A stretch of DNA of 64,000 bases from Balanoglossus misakiensis (Eukaryota > Animalia > Hemichordata), in the NCBI GenBank assembly GCA_040954595.2, contig CM082577.2, forward strand, positions 6,622,301 to 6,686,300, read 5' to 3'. How positions within the stretch are numbered: the stretch's first letter is position 1; every line of letters starts with the position of its first letter. Positions 1 to 11,321 of this stretch are shown here, piece after piece. The translations under genes and the position numbers were made by a program. The notes beneath the pieces are model-generated. The model saw only the letters and a program-made list of their open reading frames with translations. It searched no databases and was not told where the DNA came from.

Positions 1-3000
1 TATCAAAATTCGGCAAGTCGAAAATTGTTCGTTTTTTGAAAAAAATCATGACGTATAACCCATGAAAAATGTTCAAAAAGGCCGAAAATATCAAAATTCG
101 GCAAGTCGAAAATTGGTCGTTTTTTGAAAAAAATCATGATGTATAACCCATGAAAAATGTTCAAAAAGGCCGAAAATATCAAAATTCGGCAAGTCGAAAT
201 TTGGTCGTTTTTTGAAAAAAAATCATGATGTATAACCCATGAAAAATGTTCAAAAAGCCGAAAATATCAAAATTCGGCAAGTCGAAATATGGTCGTTTTT
301 TGAAAAAAATCATGATGTATAACCCATGAAAAATGTTCAAAAAGGCCGAAAATATCAAAATTCGGCAAGTCGAAAATTGTTCGTTTTTTGAAAAAATCAT
401 GATGTATAACCCATGAAAAATGTTCAAAAAGGCCGAAAATATCAAAATTCGGCAAGTCGTAAATTGGTCGTTTTTTGAAAAAAATCATGATGTACAACCC
501 ATGAAAAATGTTCAAAAAGGCCGAAAATATCAAAATTCGGCAAGTCAAAAATTGGTCGTTTTTTGAAAAAAAATCATGATGTATAACCCATGAAAAATGT
601 TCAAAAAGGCCGAAAATATCAAAATTCGGCAAGTCGAAAATTGGTCGTTTTTTGAAAAAAATCATGATGTATAACCCATGAAAAATGTTCAAAAAGGCCG
701 AAAATATCAAAATTCGGCAAGTCGAAATTTGGTCGTTTTTTGAAAAAAAATCATGATGTATAACCCATGAAAAATGTTCAAAAAGGCCGAAAATATCAAA
801 ATTCGGCAAGTCGAAATTTGGTCGTTTTTTGAAAAAAATCATGACGTATAACCCATGAAAAATGTTCAAAAAGGCCGAAAATATCAAAATTCGGCAAGTC
901 GAAAATTGGTCGTTTTTTGAAAAAAATCATGACGTATAACCCATGAAAAATGTTCAAAAAGGCCGAAAATATCAAAATTCGGCAAGTCGAAAATTGTTCG
1001 TTTTTTGAAAAAATCATGATGTATAACCCAAGAAAAATGTTCAAAAAGGCCGAAAATATCAAAATTCGGCAAGTCGTAAATTGGTCGTTTTTTGAAAAAA
1101 ATCATGATGTACAACCCATGAAAAATGTTCAAAAAGGCCGAAAATATCAAAATTCGGCAAGTCAAAAATTGGTCGTTTTTTGAAAAAAATCATGATGTAT
1201 AACCCATGAAAAATGTTCAAAAAGGCCGAAAATATCAAAATTCGGCAAGTCGAAAATTGGTCGTTTTTTGAAAAAAATCATGATGTATAACCCATGAAAA
1301 ATGTTCAAAAAGGCCGAAAATATCAAAATTCGGCAAGTCGAAATTTGGTCGTTTTTTGAAAAAAAATCATGATGTATAACCCATGAAAAATGTTCAAAAA
1401 GGCCGAAAATATCAAAATTCGGCAAGTCGAAATTTGGTCGTTTTTTGAAAAAAATCATGATGTATAACCCATGAAAAATGTTCAAAAAGGCCGAAAATAT
1501 CAAAATTCGGCAAGTCGAAATTTGGTCGTTTTTTGAAAAAATCATGACGTATAACCCATGAAAAATGTTCAAAAAGGCCGAAAATATCAAAATTCGGCAA
1601 GTCGAAATTTGGTCGTTTTTTGAAAAAAATCATGATGTATAACCCATGAAAAATGTTCAAAAAGGCCGAAAATATCAAAATTCGGCAAGTCGAAATTTGG
1701 TCATTTTTTGAAAAAAATCATGATGTATAACCCATGAAAAATGTTCAAAAAGGCCGAAAATATCAAAATTCGGCAAGTCGAAAATTGGTCGTTTTTTGAA
1801 AAAAATCATGATGTATAACCCATGAAAAATGTTCAAAAAGGCCGAAAATATCAAAATTCGGCAAGTCGAAAATTGGTCGTTTTTTGAAAAAAATCATGAT
1901 GTATAACCCATGAAAAATGTTCAAAAAGGCCGAAAATATCAAAATTCGGCAAGTCGAAATTTGGTCGTTTTTTGAAAAAAAATCATGATGTATAACCCAT
2001 GAAAAATGTTCAAAAAGCCGAAAATATCAAAATTCGGCAAGTCGAAATATGGTCATTTTTTGAAAAAAATCATGATGTATAACCCATGAAAAATGTTCAA
2101 AAAGGCCGAAAATATCAAAATTCGGCAAGTCGAAAATTGGTCGTTTTTTGAAAAAAATCATGATGTATAACCCATGAAAAATGTTCAAAAAGGCCGAAAA
2201 TATCAAAATTCGGCAAGTCGAAAATTGGTCGTTTTTTGAAAAAAATCATGATGTATAACCCATGAAAAATGTTCAAAAAGGCCGAAAATATCAAAATTCG
2301 GCAAGTCGAAATTTGGTCATTTTTTGAAAAAAATCATGATGTATAACCCATGAAAAATGTTCAAAAAGGCCGAAAATATCAAAATTCGGCAAGTCGAAAT
2401 ATGGTCATTTTTTGAAAAAAATCATGATGTATAACCCATGAAAAATGTTCAAAAAGGCCGAAAATATCAAAATTCGGCAAGTCGAAAATTGGTCGTTTTT
2501 TGAAAAAAATCATGATGTATAACCCATGAAAAATGTTCAAAAAGGCCGAAAATATCAAAATTCGGCAAGTCGAAAATTGGTCGTTTTTTGAAAAAAATCA
2601 TGATGTATAACCCATGAAAAATGTTCAAAAAGGCCGAAAATATCAAAATTCGGCAAGTCGAAATTTGGTCATTTTTTGAAAAAAATCATGATGTATAACC
2701 CATGAAAAATGTTCAAAAAGGCCGAAAATATCAAATTTCGGCAAGTCGAAATTTGGTCATTTTTTGAAAAAAATCATGATGTATAACCCATGAAAAATGT
2801 TCAAAAAGGCCGAAAATATCAAAATTCGGCAAGTCGTAAATTGGTCGTTTTTTGAAAAAAATCATGATGTATAACCCATGAAAAATGTTCAAAAAGGCCG
2901 AAAATATCAAAATTCGGCAAGTCAAAAATTGGTCGTTTTTTGAAAAAAATCATGATGTATAACCCATGAAAAATGTTCAAAAAGGCCGAAAATATCAAAA

Positions 3001-4826
3001 TTCGGCAAGTCGAAATTTGGTCATTTTTTGAAAAAAATCATGACGTATAACCCATGAAAAATGTTCAAAAAGGCCGAAAATATCAAAATTCGGCAAGTCG
3101 AAAATTGTTCGTTTTTTGAAAAAAATCATGACGTATAACCCATGAAAAATGTTCAAAAAGGCCGAAAATATCAAAATTCGGCAAGTCGAAAATTGGTCGT
3201 TTTTTGAAAAAAATCATGATGTATAACCCATGAAAAATGTTCAAAAAGGCCGAAAATATCAAAATTCGGCAAGTCGAAATTTGGTCGTTTTTTGAAAAAA
3301 AATCATGATGTATAACCCATGAAAAATGTTCAAAAAGCCGAAAATATCAAAATTCGGCAAGTCGAAATATGGTCGTTTTTTGAAAAAAATCATGATGTAT
3401 AACCCATGAAAAATGTTCAAAAAGGCCGAAAATATCAAAATTCGGCAAGTCGTAAATTGGTCGTTTTTTGAAAAAAATCATGATGTACAACCCATGAAAA
3501 ATGTTCAAAAAGGCCGAAAATATCAAAATTCGGCAAGTCAAAAATTGGTCGTTTTTTGAAAAAAATCATGATGTATAACCCATGAAAAATGTTCAAAAAG
3601 GCCGAAAATATCAAAATTCGGCAAGTCAAAAATTGGTCGTTTTTTGAAAAAAATCATGATGTATAACCCATGAAAAATGTTCAAAAAGGCCGAAAATATC
3701 AAAATTCGGCAAGTCGAAAATTGGTCGTTTTTTGAAAAAAATCATGATGTATAACCCATGAAAAATGTTCAAAAAGGCCGAAAATATCAAAATTCGGCAA
3801 GTCGAAAATTGTTCGTTTTTTGAAAAAAATCATGACGTTTAACCCATGAAAAATGTTCAAAAAGGCCGAAAATATCAAAATTCGGCAAGTCGAAATTTGG
3901 TCGTTTTTTGAAAAAATCATGACGTATAACCCATGAAAAATGTTCAAAAAGGCCGAAAATATCAAAATTCGGCAAGTCGAAATTTGGTCGTTTTTTGAAA
4001 AAAATCATGATGTATAACCCATGAAAAATGTTCAAAAAGGCCGAAAATATCAAAATTCGGCAAGTCGAAATTTGGTCATTTTTTGAAAAAAATCATGATG
4101 TATAACCCATGAAAAATGTTCAAAAAGGCCGAAAATATCAAAATTCGGCAAGTCGAAAATTGGTCGTTTTTTGAAAAAAATCATGATGTATAACCCATGA
4201 AAAATGTTCAAAAAGGCCGAAAATATCAAAATTCGGAAAGTCGAAATTTGGTCATTTTTTGAAAAAAATCATGATGTATAACCCATGAAAAATGTTCAAA
4301 AAGGCCGAAAATATCAAAATTCGGCAAGTCGAAAATTGGTCGTTTTTTGAAAAAAATCATGATGTATAACCCATGAAAAATGTTCAAAAAGGCCGAAAAT
4401 ATCAAAATTCGGCAAGTCGAAATTTGGTCATTTTTTGAAAAAAAATCATGATGTATAACCCATGAAAAATGTTCAAAAAGGCCGAAAATATCAAAATTCG
4501 GCAAGTCGAAATTTGGTCATTTTTTGAAAAAAATCATGATGTATAACCCATGAAAAATGTTCAAAAAGGCCGAAAATATCAAAATTCGGCAAGTCGAAAT
4601 TTGGTCTTTTTTTGAAAAAAAATCATGATGTATAACCCATGAAAAATGTTCAAAAAGGCCGAAAATATCAAAATTCGGCAAGTCGAAATTTGGTCATTTT
4701 TTGAAAAAAATCATGATGTATAACCCATGAAAAATGTTCAAAAAGGCCGAAAATATCAAAATTCGGCAAGTCGAAATTTGGTCTTTTTTTGAAAAAAAAT
4801 CATGATGTATAACCCATGAAAAATGT
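1..4826. repeat. Satellite DNA array, 88-bp monomer, about 55 copies in the window (runs off the left edge)
   Basis: Unit TATCAAAATTCGGCAAGTCGAAAATTGGTCGTTTTTTGAAAAAAATCATGATGTATAACCCATGAAAAATGTTCAAAAAGGCCGAAAA starts at 1, 89, 177, 265 and so on. Copies differ only by a few SNPs and +/-1 A-run indels. Confidence 0.98.
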
Positions 4827-5052
4827 TGAAGAATTTGACATTTTTTGAGTGTATATGAGCTATGTTTATGAGCGATAATCCATGCATATGACATGAAAAT
4901 GCCAAAATTACCAAAATTACCAAAGTCAAGATTTTAACATTTTTAAGTGTTTATGAGCTATAATCCATGCATATGACGTGAAAATGCCAAAATGACCAAA
5001 ATTTACAAAGTCAAGAATTTGACATTTTTTGAGTGTTCATGAGCTATAATCA
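4827..5052. repeat. Diverged ~85-bp relic monomers (about 2.5 copies) at the satellite edge
   Basis: AAGAATTTGACATTTTTTGAGTGTTTATGAGCTATAATCCATGCATATGACGTGAAAATGCCAAAATGACCAAAATTTACAAAGTC-like unit starts at ~4829, 4928 and 5013 and is colinear with the 88-bp monomer. Confidence 0.85.
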
Positions 5053-5193
5053 AGCCACAAGTGTGAGTGAAATTATATGGTACATATTTTACTTCATCCC
5101 AGCATCACGCGAGTCTGCTAATCTGAGACATACACTCCCTCCCATGCACAAAACAGACATAAAAACACTTGCTTTTTTTAAAGATACATTTTG

Positions 5194-5199
5194 TTTATT
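5194..5199 (-). other. Candidate distal polyadenylation signal of EEF2K (implies a ~6.1-kb 3'UTR)
   Basis: AATAAA on the minus strand with GT/T-rich sequence just downstream. No recognisable coding exons between here and the EEF2K stop at 11322. Inferred only. Confidence 0.4.
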
Positions 5200-8100
5200 T
5201 TCGAGAGAAACAACACATTTAGTAGACATCTGTTGAGTAGCTTATCAATCATTTACATTTCTAAATAGAAATATGATGGTAAATATAAACAGATGGTTAC
5301 ATGTCTCTCTGCCCAAAAAAACACGTATTTGGTAACAATCATATTCCATGGCTGAAACCAAGATCCCTGTAGTACAGCTTGTTTGAAGGAAAACGAACTT
5401 TGTGGAAAATGTTCTTTGAAGATACATATCAAATCAATCACACACACTGTTATCATATTTTAAGAAATAAGATGGGGGGAAAAATGCCAACTGCCAAGTA
5501 AAGGCTACCTGCACTGGTACAGCTTTCTTCAAAGTAATTGATTTCAGACAAAAAAAATTTGTTTAAAATTCCACAATACAAACACACAAGGTAAAGTACA
5601 CTTCTTCATGTTAGCATTGACAAGTAATTTTGAAATTCAAGAAGACAAGCTTCGCTACAGGGAGCAAATCTCAAGTTTCTTTCATGAAAATAGTCGGTGC
5701 TCACCAGATCTGCCCTGAAAATTCTTTCCCCCGCATGGCAGGGCTAATGAGCTCTCAACATTTAACACTCCATTGTCCTTTTCATGGTCAAATATTTTTA
5801 ACGGCGACACAATTGGACTGAGTAATATAACAGCTTCAAGTGTAAAAACCGAGTAAAACAATTAGAATGAGCTATTATAGGATGAATTCCCCTGTAAATA
5901 ATTCAACGTCTAACCCCCTTGGCTGTTCCGTGCAGAATACACGCCCGGCCTCACAACAGATTAAACAACGCAATCTTGAAGCCAACAATAAATGTGATGA
6001 ATCTGTCCCCCTCTCACAGGGCTCAGTTAATCATCACCGTTGATTTTCAAGTTTTGTTAAAAACTCCCAACAACTAAATCTTTCTGTATCATTTTTCCCC
6101 ACTAATATCATCCAACAGCACTCTTTTTACAGAACACCTTTTCGGTAACAAACGGTGTATCACTTCCGTTGTCATTTTTATAACTTGTGCAAAACATGCT
6201 CACAGATTCCATCAAGCTGTACACAGTGGCGGCCATTTTGTTTTCGGCATACACCCCATTATATACAATTTGTACATCTGAATCTACTGACAAATTTCAC
6301 ATGCAAGTGTAACAACAAGTCTTCACAAGGATAATATCATGATACAATCTTAGTCTGAAACTAAAACTCGTAAAAATAATGTAAAAAGACAGAGTTACTG
6401 AGGCTTATACTAAACATGGTAGTGAGTACCTTTATCTCCCTTCTTAATGTCAACACACTTGTTAATCCATCGGGTTTATAGACAAAATTTCATTTGAAAA
6501 CACAGTGGCAAACTTGCTGTTTTCTGACATTTTGAGTATTTTCATCCCCAAAAGAAGATAATCATGATATTTCTGCTCACGAAAACAAACCGTCAGCAGA
6601 GTTCGTGTCTCTTGTTACTCGGTGCTGGAACTCTGAAAACCAGTGTATTTTAGCAAGCAAAAAATAAAACATGATAGAAAAAAGGAGAGCTGGACAATGT
6701 TGCTCTTTCTATCACTGAGAAGTGGAAGCCATAACATCATGTTCATCATCGCAGCCCTGAATTTCACACTCTTTAGCCAACCCCAAACAACTAAATCAAA
6801 ATTCATGTAGAACTCGAGTCAATCCACAAGAATTACAAGATTCAGTGCACATAGAAAACCCATCCCGTACATTTTACTAAATCTTTCGAACAGAACTGTC
6901 AGTCACGACATATCCCAAGCTGACTCCCACATTCAGCTGTAGATTTCAATGCCTGACAAAGTTCAGAAAAAGATGAAATTTGTGTGAAAAATGAAAGTCC
7001 CTTCAGTTTTGGATGAAAATAGAAAAGATTCTACATGTATTTGCATAAATAGTGTACTCTTCTTATGTCACATGGAATTTCTTTTATTTTTTTTGTACAT
7101 GGTCACCCTTCCACTTAGATGTACCAGGTCATAACGATAAAATTGCTTTCACATACACACTGGCCATACTATACACAAAATGAAAACTCAATGATTCTGG
7201 AAATTACTCCATGTCAGTTCTACGAGCCTGCCACTGTGGAGAGAAATTACAATTATTTTTGTCCAATTTTGATCAAAGAAATCAGAATCAAAGTACAGTC
7301 GTTATCAAGTACCAGAGTATAGACATATACAAACACACATAAAAACCACAAAAGTACACACAAAATCCAAAACATATCTCAGTACTTCCTAGTGCAGAGC
7401 GGTAAACGTTTTCTGTTCCTCGCTACCAATGTTCAAGGTTAGTATGAAGCATGCCCTCAGTGGCACAAAATACAAATCTCTTGTTTAGAATAGGCCACAA
7501 AACGAATCCATGCTTTTCATGCATTTTCTTATGGCGTACATATTTGAAGGGAAAAGAAATGAATTAAAGTTGTGCTAAGTATTTACATTGTTGGCACGAT
7601 GAAAGTCAAATCATCACAATACAGAAGAATAAAGTGTCTTATAATCTCAAATATAGATTTTCATCAAGGCAAGGATGACTATCACATCAAAAAAGTCTGT
7701 GTGCAAAGCTGAGAGTTGCTTATGAACTATACACAGCCTACACTAGAGTTGAATGAAAAGATATAAAGACACTTCTCCTATTATTAGGGAAAATATCATT
7801 TCACATGCACACTCAATTCAAAGTCTGTTGTTCTATGCTGATCCGAGCAAATCGGAGTCAATACAGAAAGATCAAACTTTCATCAATTCACATCTAAACA
7901 AGTCTTAAAACAAAGCAATCACTTTACAGAAGCCATTCACAAACCGACATCGAAAAATCGGACACACATCGTCATGACACAAATACAAATCATCTGTGTC
8001 GGTACTAAAATATCAATCTGGAAATCCCAAACCTTAAAATATACACTATTTCTGACTGTTGCCTAAAATAAACCAGTTTTAGTTCTCGTTTACATCACAC

Positions 8101-10931
8101 AAGGATACTGACAATTCTTTTTGTATTATGATTTTTGCCAACATCACATTCTGTTGAATCAGTGGATGAATACGCAAGGGTCGTTTTTAAGAGTGACAAG
8201 TAAGATCTGATATTTAGAAACACCTAAACAGGCAGAAAAATAACACGACACATCATCATTTGATATGAGAAACCCAACCACGATTACCATGACTTGCAAG
8301 GGCACTTAGATTTGTACTAAATAAATAAAATCTCTATATTATTTGATGGTTGTAGCATCTTTAGATAAACAACAAGAACATATATGACTTTCATTTTCTT
8401 TCACATCAAAAATACATCGGTACTGGATTTCTCTCATAAGCATGCAATATAAACTTTTTAGTAGTATATATTTGGAGAAGAAATTGAGAAATTAAAGTGT
8501 GCCGTACAGCATTAAATGCCACAAACTTCTTTTCAGTACAGCAATTTCGAGTACTGAAAAGAAAAAAAAACACCAATTTTTCGTGAACTTTTGACTTTTT
8601 AATTTTTTTTAAGTTTCTGTTTTTTTGGTGTATATTTCAATGTTAAACCTATCTCTACAAATGTAAATGATTTCATTATTTTTCCGTAAGTTCTCTACTC
8701 TGCTAAAAATAGACAGAATATACAATGTTTTACATATTCAATTATAAGCTTTTGACCCTGGCAGTACCCTAGCATTCATCAATCTACCTAAAATAAAACA
8801 TCCATAAATAAAGACTTTTAAATTACACTCTAATCAAGAATGTCTCCACCATCTCATAACTGAGGCTCAATTATGCCTTTAGGGCCAGCGACTCATTGGC
8901 TGGATTTCAGAACACTTCAAATCTCATGAGACATGGCAATCGATTGGTTGACAGTCGCCATGTGACCATGAGAATGAGACTCCAAACCAATCACGTGACA
9001 GACTAGGCAAGACAGATCAGTTCTGAGATGGAGGGAACAATGCATATGATTAAATCATTGGTACTGAATTCAATAAGTTAATCCTTTTGGATTAATTCAA
9101 TTAATAATAGCAACCCTGTCAATGTTCCCATGAGGGCAATCTCTTTTATTTTTTCAGCTGCTTTTATATCGTGGGATCGGGGGTGAAGTAATTTTACATC
9201 AATGTTAAACGTGCCACTTTGCAACGTAGCCAGTGTTGACCTTGAATGCAGTGATAGCGATGCAAGTTCAGGGGAGTTTGGGTTATTACATCCATATATA
9301 AAGTAGAAACAAAATTTAACAAATCACCATGATCGAAATCTTCAAATGCCCTCAGAGTTGCCCTCCGAATGTATCATCCCTTGAAGGGTGGAACATTGAT
9401 GGGTAAGTCACAATTTAATGAAAAAAAATGTTTAAAAAAATCCACAAGAAAGACACAAGTGTGTTCATACTTTTTTAAAAAATGATGTAAAATGAAGAAA
9501 CTGTTGAAGAAAAATAAGTGAAAATTGTAATAATGAGGTTCAAATTAGGATTGTAAACTTAATGAGTGAATTTTGATACCCTTGTTTGTATTTCGCTATA
9601 GGAAGATCCAACATGACAAAGAAATGAGGCTGGACTGTTGTACAATTGTGAGTTACAGTAGTGTGGAAAAACACAAAAATGAAATGAAATATTTAATCTG
9701 AACCAAACTTTAGGTTTACAATTAAAGAAACCTTTTTTACTAAAAATTAATTTGCCATCTGTCTCCACTCCTAGTTGAGTAGAAATCGATGGTAGTTTAA
9801 TACGCTGAAACTGAACAACCTCGATATTTTCTTGAGTTCAGCTAGCTACCAATATTCACAAAAACAAGCTGCCACATCACAGCACAGACAAAATTACTGC
9901 AAGAAATTACTGAAAAGTAATAGAATTCAACATAGTTATCCCCCCCCCCCCCTCCCTCCCATCTTCAGTGTTAAAAAACAGTTTTAGGCTGAACCCAGAT
10001 ATACGAAAATTGGAGCTAATGGGTTGGTGTGGGTTTGCCTGTGTGTGAACAAATGGGTAGGGAGGGTATATTTGGGTCGAACACACATAATGGAAAAATT
10101 GAAGGCTGTTTTGAGTCGAGTCCACACATCGGGCAATTCCGTAGACGTAGGTCATAGTGGGTTGAAATTGTAATGCGAGTACGCACTGTTTGCATCTACA
10201 GGAGTTGAATATACTGTTTTCAAATGCTAGCATATTATGAGTAACCATAAAACATGGCTAAACCAGTATGTTCTGAATAATACATACCAATGGAAATTCA
10301 AGCATGACCCTAATAATTGCTCGTGTTATGATCAAACAATGATTACTCCATTATAAGGCATCCAAACACATTAATTCAAACTCGTCTGAAAATATCCACG
10401 CTTCCAGTTTTGTTGCAAAATGGACAAACCAAAGGGTAAGCCACAAGGGTCTATACCAAACTACACAAAACCTGGACAAATACAAGTACCTCACGCCACG
10501 CCAACACTACATAAAGCACTAAGTTTTTTAAACTTAAGAGAGCTTAAGAACAAGCAAAAATGTATACAACTGTACCGAATAATTAGAATATGGTGGTACA
10601 TGTATTATTATTATCAAGACGTTCACCACCAAATTACAGTGTCACAGTGAGTGACTTCAGACACCCAATGCTCTATCAAAATATCACAGTTACCAAGAAT
10701 TATACTAAAAAAATAAAAAATAAAACCAACTGTATCAGATTATTTACAATGTATGAAAAGTCGAATGTAAGTTTTTTTTATTTTGTAAAAAGTTTTAATT
10801 TTTTTTTCTTTCTTTTTTAAGTTGACTAACAACTAGAGCACTACAAAAAATTGTTATGGTTATTACTACAAAATTTTCGAACAAAAATGTTCAAGTTGTC
10901 TCAAATATGAGACTAGTAAGATGCCCACACC

Positions 10932-11023
10932 TTAACCCTTTCACCCCCATTTTCATGTGTAAAGTTCCAGCATTGCTATTGAAAACTAGTGTTTGGACCG
11001 AACCATGGTGGTGAAAGGGTTAA
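10932..11023. mobile_element. Short piggyBac-like MITE (84 bp plus TTAA TSDs)
   Basis: TTAA|CCCTTTCACC ... GGTGAAAGGG|TTAA: CCC/GGG termini with TTAA duplication. A degenerate second copy lies at ~35927-36018 in the opposite orientation. Confidence 0.7.
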
Positions 11024-11321
11024 TTCTGTCATTCATTTAGCATGATCCCATTTCCAAATAAGGTCAAGTCTATTTGATGAGCAAAATGTTAGGTGAAGCA
11101 GATACGGATATCCCGAATTATTTCATGAACTAATAAAGCTTTTGTCGTATACAGCTGAGACACAGAATGTTTAAATGTCTAAAAACTCCAAATAACGCGT
11201 CGTCTCCATGGGCTTGCCTCGCAGACACAGGCAATATTCGAAATTTTTACAGACTGAAGCTCTTTAACACGATGACTTTGATTTCTTCATCACCGCGCTT
11301 TGTGTCGCCTAGGTGACTGCC

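Noticed and set aside
1-4826. CRISPR-like regular repeat
   Set aside because: Monomers are contiguous with no unique spacers, there are no cas genes, and the context is eukaryotic.
179-4894. Many repetitive ORFs (MIFSAFLNIFHGLYIMIFFKKRP...) on the minus strand
   Set aside because: They are translations of the 88-bp satellite; frames open and close with A-run indels and there is no gene structure.
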